Part shown: piece by piece, positions 40,082 to 50,354 of the stretch
Layout of the letters: each line of letters opens with the position of its first letter
Numbering within the stretch: position 1 is the stretch's first letter
Assembly: GCA_963665125.2 (NCBI GenBank)
Contig: CAXXUK010000001.1
Span: 864,001 to 928,000, forward strand
Reading direction: 5' to 3'
DNA: 64,000 bases
Source of the DNA: an uncultured Desulfarculus sp.
Lineage (GTDB): Bacteria; Desulfobacterota; Desulfarculia; Desulfarculales; Desulfarculaceae
The notes under the pieces: generated by a model
Told to the model about the DNA's origin: nothing
The model's input: the letters and a program-made list of their open reading frames with translations, nothing else
The model's database searches: none
Translations under genes and position numbers: made by a program

Positions 40082-40129
40082 ACACAATATGTAGTTGCAA
40101 AATAGTGGCGACACCACGTAATATGGTGC
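40082..40129. promoter_or_regulatory. Candidate tandem NrdR boxes upstream of smc
   Basis: ACACAATATGTAGTTG (40082-40097) and weaker CCACGTAATATGGTGC 32 bp later, compared with consensus acaCwAtATaTwGtgt. Confidence 0.5.
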
Positions 40130-40187
40130 TCGTGTAGTGATCGCCGTGGTGCGGCCAACAGCCATCTATCAAGCGAACGAGGTGACC

Positions 40188-43100
40188 ATGAGGGTCAAAC
40201 GCCTGGAAATCAACGGCTTCAAATCTTTTGCCGACCGTTCGGTCCTCGATTTTCCCGAGGGCCTTTGCGCGGTGGTGGGCCCCAACGGCTGCGGCAAGTC
40301 CAACGTGGTCGACGCCATCCGCTGGGTTTTGGGCGAACAGTCGGCACGCCAACTTCGCGGCCAAGCCATGGAAGACGTTTTGTTCAACGGGGCCCAGCGG
40401 CAAAAGCCCACCGGCCTGGCCGAGGTCTCCATCGTCTTTGAAAACAACGGCTCCATTTCTGCGCCCCAGTTCGCCGACCTCAGCGAAATCGCCGTCACCC
40501 GGCGGCTCTACCGCAACGGCGACAGCGAATACATGATCAACAAGCGCTCCTGCCGCCTCAAGGACATCCAGCAACTGCTCATGGACACCGGTCTGGGCAA
40601 CCGGGCCTACGCCATCATTGAGCAGGGCAAGGTGGCTTCGTTCATCGACGCCAGGCCCGAGGAGCGCCGCCTGTGGGTGGAAGAGGCCGCCGGCATCACC
40701 CGCTACAAAAACCAGAAGAAGCTCAGCCTCAAGAAGATGGCCGGGGCCCAGGAAAACATGGACCGGCTCAGCGATATCATCCTCGAGGTCGAGACCCAGA
40801 TGCAGCGCCTGCAACGCCAAGCCAAAAAGGCCCTGCTGCACAAGGATCTGCGCGATCAGATCCAGGAACTTGACCTGCGCATCGGCAGCCACGAATACAT
40901 GGCTCTGGGCGAGAGCATCGGCGAAACCCGAGCCGAATTGGACGCGGTGACCGCCCAACTTGAAGTGACCGGCGGCCGCTCGACCAGCTTGGAAACGGAA
41001 CTGGAAAGCGCCCGCCTGGCCATGGTCGAGGCCGAAAAACTCATCGAACAGGCCGGAGCAAGCCGCCTGGAGGTCCAGGGATCGATCCAGCGGGCCGAAA
41101 ACGAACTGACCCTGCTGGGACGCGAGGCCGAGAACCTGAGGCGTCTGGGAGAGCGGCTAGGCGGCGAGAAGAACGAACTGGATCAGCGCCTGAAGACCAT
41201 GCAGGCCGACCAGGTAAAGGCCGCCCGCAAGGCCGAGAAATACAGCGCCGAGGCCGAGGAGGGCAAGCGCCTGGCCGAGGAAGCCGCGGACCTGGTCCTG
41301 GCCGCCCAGGAGGCCGTGCGGGTGCACCAGAACCGGGCCGACGAGGCCAAGAACCAGGTGGTGGACCACCTGTCCCGCCGGGGGCAGATCAACAACCGCC
41401 TGGGCGATCTGGAGCGCCGCGAAACCGAGATGCGCCGCCGCCAGGAGCAACTGGCCCAGCGCCGGGCCGACATGGAAGAGGAACTGGCCGCTCTGGACGA
41501 CCAGGCCGGCCAGGCCCTGAACGAGCTGGACGACAAGGCCGCCGAAATCCAACGCTTCGAGGAAAAGATCGAGCATATCCACGGCCAGACCGACGCCTTG
41601 GCCGAGGAACTGGCCGTGCAGCGCCGTCGGGAGCAGGAGGCCGCCCGCAAACGCCACGGCTTGGCCGCCGGGGTGGAGGCCCTGCAGATGAGCCTGGGCT
41701 CCCTGGATTGGGCCGCCGAGGCCGTCCGCGAGGTGATCAGCGCCCAGGAAACCGGCGGACTGCCCGTTGAAACACTGGGTCTGGTTGCCCAGCGCATCGA
41801 GGCCGGTCCGGGCCGGGAAGATCTGGCCGCCGCCGCCTTTGGGCCTTATTTCCAGGCCGTGATAACCAAGACCGCGACCGACGCCAAGGACCTGGCCGCC
41901 TGGGCCGCGGAAAAACAGATCGGGCGTCTGCACATCGTGGCCCTGGATGCCTTGGACGCCGACGGCGAAAATACGCCCCTTGGCGCTCAACCGGCCGCGG
42001 GCCTGGTCAAGTTCGCTCAGGGCTTCGAGTCCTTGGGCGGCCTGCTGGCCCTGGTGGGCTGGTGCCCGGACGATTCCGCGGCCTGGGCCGTGGCCGCGTC
42101 GCTGACGCCCGGCCAGGCCATCGTGGCTCCGGGCGGCCTGCGCCTGGATGGGCCTGCCGCCATTTCCGCCGGGGTTGCCGAAGGCCAGGGCGGCGGGGCG
42201 ATCCTGGCCCAGCGCAATGAGTTGCAAAAGCGCCGCGCCGAATTGGGAGAGGCCCAACGCGACCTGGATGACATCTCCCTGGCCATCGAGGATTTACAAA
42301 TCCGGGCCGGTGAGTTGGAATCCAATAAAAGGCTTCTCGAGGAGCAGCTGCGGGGCCTGCAACAGGAGCTTCAGCGGGCCAGGCAGCAGGTAGCCCAGAT
42401 AGAGCAGGGCGCGGCCCAGCACCGACGCCAGCTGGAGGGCCTGGAATTCGACAACCTCGAATCCAGCGAGGCCCTGGCCGATCTGCGACAGGAGCGCGAG
42501 CAACTGGAAGACGAGGCCGGCCAGCTCGACGACCGCCATGCCCGTTTGGAACAAGAACTTACTCTGGCCCAGGAGATATTGGTTCAGAAACGCGAGGACC
42601 TGGAAGACGCAAGAGGCCGGGAGAGCGAGGTCAAGCTCATGGCCGCCTCCAGGGGCAGCGAGGCCGAACACGCGGTGCAGGAGGCCAAGCGACTGTCCCG
42701 CGAAGTGGAGCACTCCGGTCAGCGGGCCGCGTCCCTGGCCGAGGAGATAGCCGGGACCGCCGCCTCGGTGGAGTCGCTGTTAAAGCGGCGGGAGAACGAG
42801 CAGATTCGCCTGGGCGGCCTTTACGAGACCATGGACCGGCAGGAGGAGGCCTACAAACAGGCCAGGGATTCCCACGCCGGTATCCAGGCCAAGGCCCAGT
42901 CCCTGGAGGCCGAGATCAAGCAGGTGCGGGTGACGCTCAAGGAGGTTGAAACCAGGCACCAGGAGCTTGACTTTCAGCGCCGGGAACTGGAAATGCGCCG
43001 GGGCCAGCTCCGCGAGCAGGTCATGGACCGCTGCCGCATTGACCTAGCCAATGAGGCCATGGCCCATCTGCCCGACAAGGCATTTGAACCGGAAAACGCC

Positions 43101-43754
43101 AGACTGCGCCTGGACAAGCTTCGGGTGCGCCTGGGCCGCCTGGGCCCGGTGAACATGGAGGCCATCAGCGAGCACGAGGCCCTCAAGGAGCGCCATGAAT
43201 TCCTGACCGGGCAGAGGGCCGATCTGGAGGAATCCCTGGAAGACCTGCGCCGGGCCATCCGCAAGATCAACAAGACCAGCCGCAACCGCTTCACCGAGAC
43301 CCTGGACGAGGTCAACGACCGCCTGGGTACGGTGTTTCCGGTGTTGTTCGGCGGGGGCACGGCCAAGCTTGTCCTGGACGAAGGCGTCGATCCCCTGGAG
43401 GCCGGCCTGCACCTGATGGTCGAGCCGCCGGGCAAAAAGGTCAAAAACCTAGAAGCACTCAGCGGCGGCGAAAAGGCTCTTTCGGCCGTGGCCGTGCTGT
43501 TCGCCCTGTTCCTGATCCGGCCCGCGCCGTTCTGCATCCTCGACGAGGTGGACGCGCCCCTGGACGAGGCCAACACGGGCCGCTTCCTGGACCTGGTGCG
43601 CGATCTCGGCGGACGCTCCCAGATTGTCACCATTACCCACAACCGCCGGACCATGGAAATCATGGATACACTCTACGGCGTGACCATGGAAGAGCGGGGC
43701 GTGAGCAAGCTGTTGACCGTGACCCTGGCCGAAGGATCGTCCATGGCCGCATGA
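40188..43754 (+). CDS. smc: Chromosome segregation protein SMC
   Basis: GFKSFAD, GPNGCGKSN, long coiled coils and hinge, LSGGEK, LDEVDAPLD; GAGGTG RBS. Confidence 0.97.
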   Translation: MRVKRLEINGFKSFADRSVLDFPEGLCAVVGPNGCGKSNVVDAIRWVLGEQSARQLRGQAMEDVLFNGAQRQKPTGLAEVSIVFENNGSISAPQFADLSEIAVTRRLYRNGDSEYMINKRSCRLKDIQQLLMDTGLGNRAYAIIEQGKVASFIDARPEERRLWVEEAAGITRYKNQKKLSLKKMAGAQENMDRLSDIILEVETQMQRLQRQAKKALLHKDLRDQIQELDLRIGSHEYMALGESIGETRAELDAVTAQLEVTGGRSTSLETELESARLAMVEAEKLIEQAGASRLEVQGSIQRAENELTLLGREAENLRRLGERLGGEKNELDQRLKTMQADQVKAARKAEKYSAEAEEGKRLAEEAADLVLAAQEAVRVHQNRADEAKNQVVDHLSRRGQINNRLGDLERRETEMRRRQEQLAQRRADMEEELAALDDQAGQALNELDDKAAEIQRFEEKIEHIHGQTDALAEELAVQRRREQEAARKRHGLAAGVEALQMSLGSLDWAAEAVREVISAQETGGLPVETLGLVAQRIEAGPGREDLAAAAFGPYFQAVITKTATDAKDLAAWAAEKQIGRLHIVALDALDADGENTPLGAQPAAGLVKFAQGFESLGGLLALVGWCPDDSAAWAVAASLTPGQAIVAPGGLRLDGPAAISAGVAEGQGGGAILAQRNELQKRRAELGEAQRDLDDISLAIEDLQIRAGELESNKRLLEEQLRGLQQELQRARQQVAQIEQGAAQHRRQLEGLEFDNLESSEALADLRQEREQLEDEAGQLDDRHARLEQELTLAQEILVQKREDLEDARGRESEVKLMAASRGSEAEHAVQEAKRLSREVEHSGQRAASLAEEIAGTAASVESLLKRRENEQIRLGGLYETMDRQEEAYKQARDSHAGIQAKAQSLEAEIKQVRVTLKEVETRHQELDFQRRELEMRRGQLREQVMDRCRIDLANEAMAHLPDKAFEPENARLRLDKLRVRLGRLGPVNMEAISEHEALKERHEFLTGQRADLEESLEDLRRAIRKINKTSRNRFTETLDEVNDRLGTVFPVLFGGGTAKLVLDEGVDPLEAGLHLMVEPPGKKVKNLEALSGGEKALSAVAVLFALFLIRPAPFCILDEVDAPLDEANTGRFLDLVRDLGGRSQIVTITHNRRTMEIMDTLYGVTMEERGVSKLLTVTLAEGSSMAA

Positions 43755-43841
43755 CGGCCTTGACGCGGGGACCCAGGCACTTTAAATTTGCAGGGCGGGC
43801 CGCTTCCGGTCCGCTCTAACTATGTTGAGGGGATTGCCGCG

Positions 43842-45056
43842 ATGGGCATCTTTGGATTTGGACGCAAGAAGAAACAAAAAGAGCTCGAGGCCGAACAGGC
43901 CAAACAAGAGCAGGAAATAGCGGAGCAGGAAGAGGCGCCGGAGGATTCGGAGGACGAAACCGCTGAAGACGCGGGGCAAACGGCCCATGCCCAGGAGTCC
44001 GAGGCCGTTGTTGACGAGCTTCCCGAGCCGGAACGCGAACCAGAGCCCGAACCGGAGCCTGAACCAGAGCCGGAAATTGAACCAGAACCCGAGTCTGAGT
44101 TCGAGCCCGAGTCTGAACCAGAGCCGGAGCCTGAACCCAAAGCCAAGCGCAAGGGCCTTTTCGCCCGCATGGCCGACCGCCTGGGCAAGACCAGGGATAA
44201 GATCGGCGGTTCCATCGAGCGGGCCACCCTGGGCAAGACTATTGACGAAGACGTCCTGGACGAGCTCGAGGAGATTCTGGTTACCGCCGACCTGGGCGTA
44301 AAGACTTCCACGGCGCTGATCGAAAACCTCAGGGGCAAGGTCAAACGCAAGGAGCTAAACGACGTCGAGGCCCTGAAAACCGCCCTGCGCCAGGGCATCG
44401 AAGATATCTTCGCCAAAACTCCCGCGCTGCCCCAACGGGAGAACAAACCCCACGTGATCATGGTGGTGGGCGTCAACGGCGTGGGCAAGACCACCACCAT
44501 AGGCAAGCTGGCCCATCAGTTGCGGCAGCAGGGCAACAGCGTGCTCATGGGCGCGGCCGACACCTTCCGTGCCGCCGCGGCCGAGCAACTGGAGATCTGG
44601 TCCAAACGAGCCGGATGTCAGATAGTGCGCCAGAGCGAAGGCGCCGACCCCTCGGCCGTGGCCTACGACGCGGTGGACGCCGCCGTTAACCGGGGCGTGG
44701 ATATCGCAATCATCGACACGGCCGGCCGCCTGCACACCAAGGTCAACCTCATGGACGAACTGCGCAAGATCCATAGGGTCATCGGCAAAAAGATGGAGGG
44801 CGCGCCCCACGAGGTGATTTTGGTGCTGGATTCCACCACCGGCCAAAACGCTCTGAGCCAGGCCAAGTTGTTCAACGAGGCCGTGCCCCTGACAGGCCTG
44901 GTGCTGACCAAGCTCGACGGCACGGCCAAGGGCGGGGTGGCCGTGGCCATCGCCTCGGAGCTTGATCTGCCCATCGCCTATGTGGGCCTTGGAGAGAGCA
45001 TCGAAGACCTACGGCCCTTTGACGCCAAGGAATTTGCCCTGGCGGTGTTCGGCTAG
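43842..45056 (+). CDS. ftsY: Signal recognition particle receptor FtsY with acidic EP-repeat N-terminus
   Basis: [32 protein letters not shown]. Confidence 0.97.
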   Translation: MGIFGFGRKKKQKELEAEQAKQEQEIAEQEEAPEDSEDETAEDAGQTAHAQESEAVVDELPEPEREPEPEPEPEPEPEIEPEPESEFEPESEPEPEPEPKAKRKGLFARMADRLGKTRDKIGGSIERATLGKTIDEDVLDELEEILVTADLGVKTSTALIENLRGKVKRKELNDVEALKTALRQGIEDIFAKTPALPQRENKPHVIMVVGVNGVGKTTTIGKLAHQLRQQGNSVLMGAADTFRAAAAEQLEIWSKRAGCQIVRQSEGADPSAVAYDAVDAAVNRGVDIAIIDTAGRLHTKVNLMDELRKIHRVIGKKMEGAPHEVILVLDSTTGQNALSQAKLFNEAVPLTGLVLTKLDGTAKGGVAVAIASELDLPIAYVGLGESIEDLRPFDAKEFALAVFG

Positions 45057-46234
45057 GCGCTCACCTCGCCGCAGACAATGGTCACGTTGATGCCGCCATG
45101 GGGCGCGTCGAAGCTGCGCTGGTCCTTGAGGCCCAGCATCTCGGCCCAGTGCGGTTTGTAGAGCACCACGCCGCAGCGCCAGCCCTTGTAGTTTTCGCGC
45201 AGGTGAGCGCCGATTTTGGCTATGGTGGCTTCCGCCTGCTTCACGCTGCCCAGGCGTTTGCCATAGGGCGGGTTCATCACGATGAGCCCCGGTCCCTGGG
45301 GGACGTCCGCCAGGAGAAAGTCTTTTTGCTCAAAGGCGATATCGTCGGTCACACCGGCCCGCTGGGCATTGTCCTTGGCCAACTCCAGGCCGCCCTTGGC
45401 CTTTTCTCCGGCCATGATCGGGCCGGGCGCGCGGTCGGCCACATACTCACGTGCCTGGCCCAGGATATGGTTCCAGGCCGCTTCGCGGTGGCAGGTCAAC
45501 TGCTCAAAGGCGAACCGTCGGTTCAGGCCGGGGGCCATTTGCCTGGCGATCATGGCCGCTTCGATGGGCAGGGCTCCGCTGCCGCACATGGGATCGATGA
45601 GCGGCTCCACTCCGTCATACCCGCAGAAAATGAGCATGGACGCGGCCAGGTCTTCCCGCAGGGGAGCCTTGCCTCCGGCCAGACGGTAGCCCCGGCGGTG
45701 CAGGTTTTCGCCGCTGGTGTCCAGGGAGATCATGCAGCGCCGGTCCACGGCCCGCACCTGAATCATAAAGGCGTCCTGGTCGTTACGGGCCTGCTCGGGC
45801 GGGGTCAGGCCCGCCTGTTTCATGTGCTTGGCCGCGGCCAGGAAAATTTCGTCGGCTATTCGGCCGGTGTGCCTGAGATTGCTTTGATGCAGGCTGACCC
45901 GCACCGCCAAAGCGCATCCCTGTCCCGGCAGGATCAGCTCCCAGGGGATATTGTCGGCATGGCGCAACAAATCGGCCCAGGAGCGCACGCGAAAGTCCTT
46001 CAGGCGCATCAGCACCCGGCCCGCGCTGCGCAGGTGCAGGTTGGCGGCGTATATGTCCTCGATGGACCCGGAAAACTCCACGCCGCCTTCCTGGATGTCC
46101 AGGCCGTTCATGCCCAGTTGGGAAAGCTCGGCCGCGCAGATCTGCTCCAGGCCGGGTTTGGTCACGGCGAAAAACTGATGTTCGGTGGCCCATATATGAC
46201 GCTTAATGCGTCGTTCTATGTTAATTTCAGGCAT
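45053..46234 (-). CDS. THUMP-domain RNA methyltransferase (RlmL-like)
   Basis: [33 protein letters not shown]. Confidence 0.88.
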   Translation of the reverse strand: MPEINIERRIKRHIWATEHQFFAVTKPGLEQICAAELSQLGMNGLDIQEGGVEFSGSIEDIYAANLHLRSAGRVLMRLKDFRVRSWADLLRHADNIPWELILPGQGCALAVRVSLHQSNLRHTGRIADEIFLAAAKHMKQAGLTPPEQARNDQDAFMIQVRAVDRRCMISLDTSGENLHRRGYRLAGGKAPLREDLAASMLIFCGYDGVEPLIDPMCGSGALPIEAAMIARQMAPGLNRRFAFEQLTCHREAAWNHILGQAREYVADRAPGPIMAGEKAKGGLELAKDNAQRAGVTDDIAFEQKDFLLADVPQGPGLIVMNPPYGKRLGSVKQAEATIAKIGAHLRENYKGWRCGVVLYKPHWAEMLGLKDQRSFDAPHGGINVTIVCGEVSA

Positions 46235-46282
46235 AATTCCGCCGTGTGAAATTGGTCAAAGGTAAAAGGTAAGAGGAGTGTA

Positions 46283-46555
46283 ATGGATTTAAAGGTCCTG
46301 GCAACAACATTCGGAGCAATTTTTTTGGCCGAGCTGGGCGACAAGACCCAGTTGGCCTGCATAATGATGGCCTCCAAGACCGGCAAACCGTGGACTGTGT
46401 TCGTGGGCACCTCTTTGGCCCTGGTGCTGGTGTCGCTTATAGGCGTGCTGTTTGCCCAGGTCGTTTCCGGCGTGCTGCCCACCGAGTGGATCAAGCGCAT
46501 CGCGGCCGTGGGCTTTATTATCATCGGCGTGCTGATGCTCATTGGCAAAATGTAG
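46283..46555 (+). CDS. TMEM165/GDT1 (UPF0016) family half-size membrane protein
   Basis: FLAELGDKTQL motif, three TM helices. Confidence 0.9.
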   Translation: MDLKVLATTFGAIFLAELGDKTQLACIMMASKTGKPWTVFVGTSLALVLVSLIGVLFAQVVSGVLPTEWIKRIAAVGFIIIGVLMLIGKM

Positions 46556-46562
46556 TCAAAAG

Positions 46563-46598
46563 AAAACACCGGCCACCTCAACAGTAGCCGGTGTTTTT
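46563..46598. terminator. Bidirectional terminator
   Basis: AAAACACCGGC..GCCGGTGTTTT between convergent GDT1 gene and tRNA. Confidence 0.75.
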
Positions 46599-46602
46599 AT
46601 TT

Positions 46603-46687
46603 TGGTGCCGTGGGCCGGATTTGAACCGGCACGGGTCTCCCCACCGCCCCCTCAAGACGGCGTGTCTACCTATTCCACCACCACGGC
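46603..46687 (-). tRNA. tRNA-Leu (GAG)
   Basis: GCCGTGG acceptor stem, anticodon loop TTGAGGG, long variable arm, GGTTCAAATCC, encoded CCA; directly after secG. Confidence 0.96.
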
Positions 46688-46693
46688 GTTTTA

Positions 46694-47176
46694 TTACTTT
46701 TTGTCAGCCTTTGCCGGAGCATCGGTTGATTTTGCCGCGGGAGCGTCGGCCTTGGCCGGTGCTGTTGTTTGCTCGGTGGCAGGCGCGGCAGCCTGGGCCG
46801 TTGCTTCGGTCTTTTGCTCTTCCACAGCCTGGCTCTGGGCCGGGGCGGTAGTCGCGGCGGCCTGATTGGTCTGCTCGGCCGCGGCCGTGGCGGCCTGGGT
46901 GGCTGCCGGGGCCTGCTGGGCGGTGTCCTGCATCAGCGAAGAACTACTGCTGCCAAGGGAGCCGACCGACAGGACCAACGAGGTGATCATGAAGATTATG
47001 GCCACCGCAGTAGTCAGTTTGCCTAAAAAGGTCTGAGCCCCTGTACTGCCGAACACGGTCTGGGAAGCTCCGCCGAAAGCGGCACCCAGCGAGGCGCCTT
47101 TACCGGTTTGCAGCAGAACAACCAGCACCATGATGATGCAGGCCAGCAGATGGATCGTTATCATCGCGATTTGCAT
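46694..47176 (-). CDS. secG: Preprotein translocase subunit SecG
   Basis: VLLQTGKGASLGAAFGGASQTVFGS; Ala-rich C-terminal tail. Confidence 0.95.
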   Translation of the reverse strand: MQIAMITIHLLACIIMVLVVLLQTGKGASLGAAFGGASQTVFGSTGAQTFLGKLTTAVAIIFMITSLVLSVGSLGSSSSSLMQDTAQQAPAATQAATAAAEQTNQAAATTAPAQSQAVEEQKTEATAQAAAPATEQTTAPAKADAPAAKSTDAPAKADKK

Positions 47177-47197
47177 TTACGCGTTCCCATTATGAGT

Positions 47198-47950
47198 CTA
47201 TGCGGCCGCAATTATACCAAGGAAACTCTCGGCTTCAAGTGATGCGCCACCCACTAAAGCGCCATCCACATCCGGTTGACGCAAAAGACCGGCCGCGTTG
47301 GCCGGCTTGACACTACCTCCATACAGGATTCTGCAAGAGTTCGCAACATCATTGTCAAAGTTTTGTGCCATCCAGGCGCGGATAAATGCATGAGTCTCCT
47401 GGGCTTGCTCGTCGGTGGCCGTTTCGCCGGTGCCGATGGCCCAAACCGGCTCGTAGGCCAGGATCAGGGTGGCGATGTCGCCAGCGCTGAAACCGGCCAA
47501 GCCGCCAGCCAGTTGCGAGGCCAGAACGCCCTCGGTTTTGCCGCCCTTGCGCTCGTCAATGGTCTCGCCGATGCACATCACCGGCACCAGGCCATGCTTG
47601 AGGGCCGCGCCGATGCGCAGGTTGACAGTCTTTTCCGTTTCGCCGAAATACTGTCGGCGTTCGGAATGACCGATGATCACATGGCTGGCTCCGGCGCTTT
47701 TGAGCATCGGGCCGCTGACCTCGGCGGTAAAGGCTCCCTGGTCTTGCCAATACAGGTTTTGGCCGCCGACCATTACCGGCGTGCCGGCCACGGCCTTGGC
47801 CACCTCTTCCAGGGCCAGGCTGTTGGGGCAAACGAGCACGTCGCAAGCCGGGTTATCTAGTCCTTTGGCCACGCCGGAGGCCAACTCCACGGCCTCGGGC
47901 ACGGTTTTGTACATCTTCCAGTTGCCGGCGATCATTATTTTTCGGCTCAT
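47198..47950 (-). CDS. tpiA: Triosephosphate isomerase
   Basis: AGNWKM, GHSERR, AYEPVWAIGTG, LVGGASL. Confidence 0.98.
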   Translation of the reverse strand: MSRKIMIAGNWKMYKTVPEAVELASGVAKGLDNPACDVLVCPNSLALEEVAKAVAGTPVMVGGQNLYWQDQGAFTAEVSGPMLKSAGASHVIIGHSERRQYFGETEKTVNLRIGAALKHGLVPVMCIGETIDERKGGKTEGVLASQLAGGLAGFSAGDIATLILAYEPVWAIGTGETATDEQAQETHAFIRAWMAQNFDNDVANSCRILYGGSVKPANAAGLLRQPDVDGALVGGASLEAESFLGIIAAA

Positions 47951-47966
47951 CAGTCCTCTCCCATGA

Positions 47967-49205
47967 TCAGCAAGGTTTAGTAAAGCACTTGTCGCCGCCT
48001 TCTCCTTCGATCTCCATGCCCGTGGCGCCGCCCAGGGCCGCAACCGCGGGCAGGGTGTCGCCGGTGAGCATGGCCAGGAACGCGCCGCCTCCGGTGGATA
48101 TGTAGCTGATGTTTTCCGTTTCGCCCATGCGGTGAATGGCCACGTCAGTGTCGCCGCCGCCGATGATGGTCAGGGCGTAGCTTTGGGCCACGGTGGAAAC
48201 CATGTTCAAGGTGCCGCGGCTGAACGCGTCCATCTCAAAGGCTCCCATGGGGCCGTTCCAGATGATGGTCTTGCAGTTGGCCAGGGCCTCGCGGTATAGC
48301 TGGCTGGTGGCCGGGCCGATGTCGAGGATCATCCAGTCCTTGGGAACTTCCTGCACCGTGGTGATCATTGTCTCGGCCTTGGGGTCGAACCGGTCGGCCA
48401 CCACGCAGTCGATGGGGATGTACATCTTTACGCCGAGTTCCTTGGCCTTGCGCAGCAGGCAGTTGGCCACCGGAACCAACTCGGGCTCGAACATGCTGTT
48501 GCCGACGTCATAGTCCACGCTTTTTAGGAAGGTGTTGGCCATGGCCCCGCCGATGACGATCTTGTTCACGTGGTTCATCAGGTTTTCCAGGGCCTCGAGC
48601 TTGGTCACGGCCTTGGCACCGCCGACCACCGCGGCCAGGGGCCGGGCCGGATCGACCATTGCCCGGCGGAAATACTCCAGCTCCTTTTTCATGGTGAAAC
48701 CGGCCACGCAAATCTTGGCGTATTCCGTGACGCCGACCACCGAGGCGTGGGCCCGGTGGGCCACGGCAAAGGCGTCATCGACATAGATGTCGCACAGATC
48801 GGCCAAGGCCTTGCTGAACTCGGGATCGTTTTTGGTCTCTCCCTCGTGATAGCGCAGGTTTTCCAGCATCATCACGCCGCCGTCGGGCAGTCCGTCGGCC
48901 AGCTTGGCCACATCCGGGCCGATGCAGTCAGGGGCCATGACGACGTCTTTTTTCAGCAAGCGGCCCAGACGGCGGGCCACCGGAGCCATGGACAGGCTGT
49001 CGACGCGTTTGCCTTTGGGGCGGCCCATGTGAGAGGCGACCAGAACCTTGGCGCCTTCGTCAAGCAGGTAGTTCAAAGACGGCAAAGCGGCGCGGATACG
49101 GTTGTCGTCGGCTATGTTGCGTTCTTCGTCCAGCGGAACGTTGAAATCGACCCTGATTAGGACTTTTTTGCCCTTTAGGTCATCCAACTGATTTAGGTAT
49201 TTCAC
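47967..49205 (-). CDS. pgk: Phosphoglycerate kinase
   Basis: [32 protein letters not shown]. Confidence 0.98.
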   Translation of the reverse strand: MKYLNQLDDLKGKKVLIRVDFNVPLDEERNIADDNRIRAALPSLNYLLDEGAKVLVASHMGRPKGKRVDSLSMAPVARRLGRLLKKDVVMAPDCIGPDVAKLADGLPDGGVMMLENLRYHEGETKNDPEFSKALADLCDIYVDDAFAVAHRAHASVVGVTEYAKICVAGFTMKKELEYFRRAMVDPARPLAAVVGGAKAVTKLEALENLMNHVNKIVIGGAMANTFLKSVDYDVGNSMFEPELVPVANCLLRKAKELGVKMYIPIDCVVADRFDPKAETMITTVQEVPKDWMILDIGPATSQLYREALANCKTIIWNGPMGAFEMDAFSRGTLNMVSTVAQSYALTIIGGGDTDVAIHRMGETENISYISTGGGAFLAMLTGDTLPAVAALGGATGMEIEGEGGDKCFTKPC

Positions 49206-49396
49206 TATAGCACTCCCATTTCAGGCGAGGCCGGTCCGTGGGTGTTGGCAACTCGAAGCGTGCCGAACACCGGGCTGACTCGGCGTGTCATTGGCCGATG
49301 CGCCGCCGCCACGGCATGCACGGTCAAATGGCGTTTGTTTTCGGAAAGCCGTTAACCGGCTAATCCCCTAGAATTTTCCAGGTTAAATCAAGGCTG

Positions 49397-49425
49397 ATTA
49401 TACGATGGATTCAGGACCGACTCAA
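49397..49425 (-). promoter_or_regulatory. Putative sigma70 promoter of pgk-tpiA-secG
   Basis: Minus strand TTGAGT-N17-TATAAT. Confidence 0.65.
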
Positions 49426-49431
49426 TTGTTT

Positions 49432-49944
49432 TCACTGCCGATTTGATTCGTGTACACCTGAGGAACCCAGGGCATCCAGGTCACATGCCATAACAAGGGC
49501 CTCTTCGTTTTCGGGCTGGTAATAGCCGGGTCTGACGCCGGTGTGGACAAAGCCCAGGGAACGGTACAACTCCAGGGCGTGTGTGTTGCTGGGGCGCACT
49601 TCCAGGGTGGCCCGCTTGAAACCGATCTCCGCGGCGCGGCGCAAACCGGCAAGCATCAGTAAGCGGCCCACGCCCTGTCCGCGGTAGTCCTGGTGCACGG
49701 CCAGATTTTGGATCTGCACGGTTTGTTTGCTGTTTTCGCGCCACAATATCAGATAGCCGATGATCCGCTGGGAGGGCAGGGCCATGGCCACCATAGGCAT
49801 GCCGCACGGGTGCAGGATATGGGCGTGGAAAAACTTGTCCGGCCACGGCGTTGAAAAAGACGCCCGCTCAATGAAGCCGACCTGACCCACGTGGCTCGGA
49901 TGCATTCGGGCGGTTATTACGGAGGCGCCGCCGGATATTTTCAA
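49432..49944 (-). CDS. rimI: Ribosomal-protein-alanine N-acetyltransferase
   Basis: IERASFSTPW, NLAVHQDYRGQGVG, TLEVRPSN, RPGYY; start uncertain. Confidence 0.85.
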   Translation of the reverse strand: MKISGGASVITARMHPSHVGQVGFIERASFSTPWPDKFFHAHILHPCGMPMVAMALPSQRIIGYLILWRENSKQTVQIQNLAVHQDYRGQGVGRLLMLAGLRRAAEIGFKRATLEVRPSNTHALELYRSLGFVHTGVRPGYYQPENEEALVMACDLDALGSSGVHESNRQ

Positions 49945-49945
49945 C

Positions 49946-50344
49946 TCAGGAGTTGAGAAGTTCACCGGCAACGGAGATCGCATCTTGACCGGCTTTGCAC
50001 ACGAGCCGGCCCAGATCGCCGAGTTTGACGTTTTTACGACCCGTGGCAGCCTTGATCAGCATGGGCAGATTTACGCCCGTGGCAACCTCTACCCGGCCTT
50101 CCTCAAGGTAGGCCAGGGAGATGTTGTTGGGCGTGCCGCCGAACATGTCGGTCAGCACCAGCACGCCGTCGCCATCGTCCAGGCTGGCCAGGGATTTTTC
50201 AATGTGAGCGCTTAGTTGATCGGTTTTGGTTTGCGGTTCCAGGCTGATCGTGTCAATACGGTCTATCTTGCCGAGAATAAATTCAGCCGCGTTGACCAGT
50301 TCCCGGCCAAGGCGCGCATGGGTTATTACCAAAATACCGATCAC
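49946..50344 (-). CDS. PTS EIIA component, mannose type
   Basis: GILVITH, VLTDMFGGTPNN, GVNLPML. Confidence 0.9.
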   Translation of the reverse strand: MIGILVITHARLGRELVNAAEFILGKIDRIDTISLEPQTKTDQLSAHIEKSLASLDDGDGVLVLTDMFGGTPNNISLAYLEEGRVEVATGVNLPMLIKAATGRKNVKLGDLGRLVCKAGQDAISVAGELLNS

Positions 50345-50354
50345 GTTAAAGCTC

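Noticed and set aside
44020..44140. GAGCCG/GAACCA hexamer repeats
   Set aside because: They encode the ordinary Glu-Pro acidic linker of FtsY
46244..46262. Rex/CRP-like site GTGTGAAATTGGTCAAA
   Set aside because: Only one half-site matches; insufficient support
46603..46687. tRNA-Leu as an integration site
   Set aside because: No integrase nearby and no duplicated tRNA 3' end seen in the window
49206..49431. 6S RNA or known riboswitch in the pgk leader
   Set aside because: No recognisable consensus by eye; needs an Rfam scan
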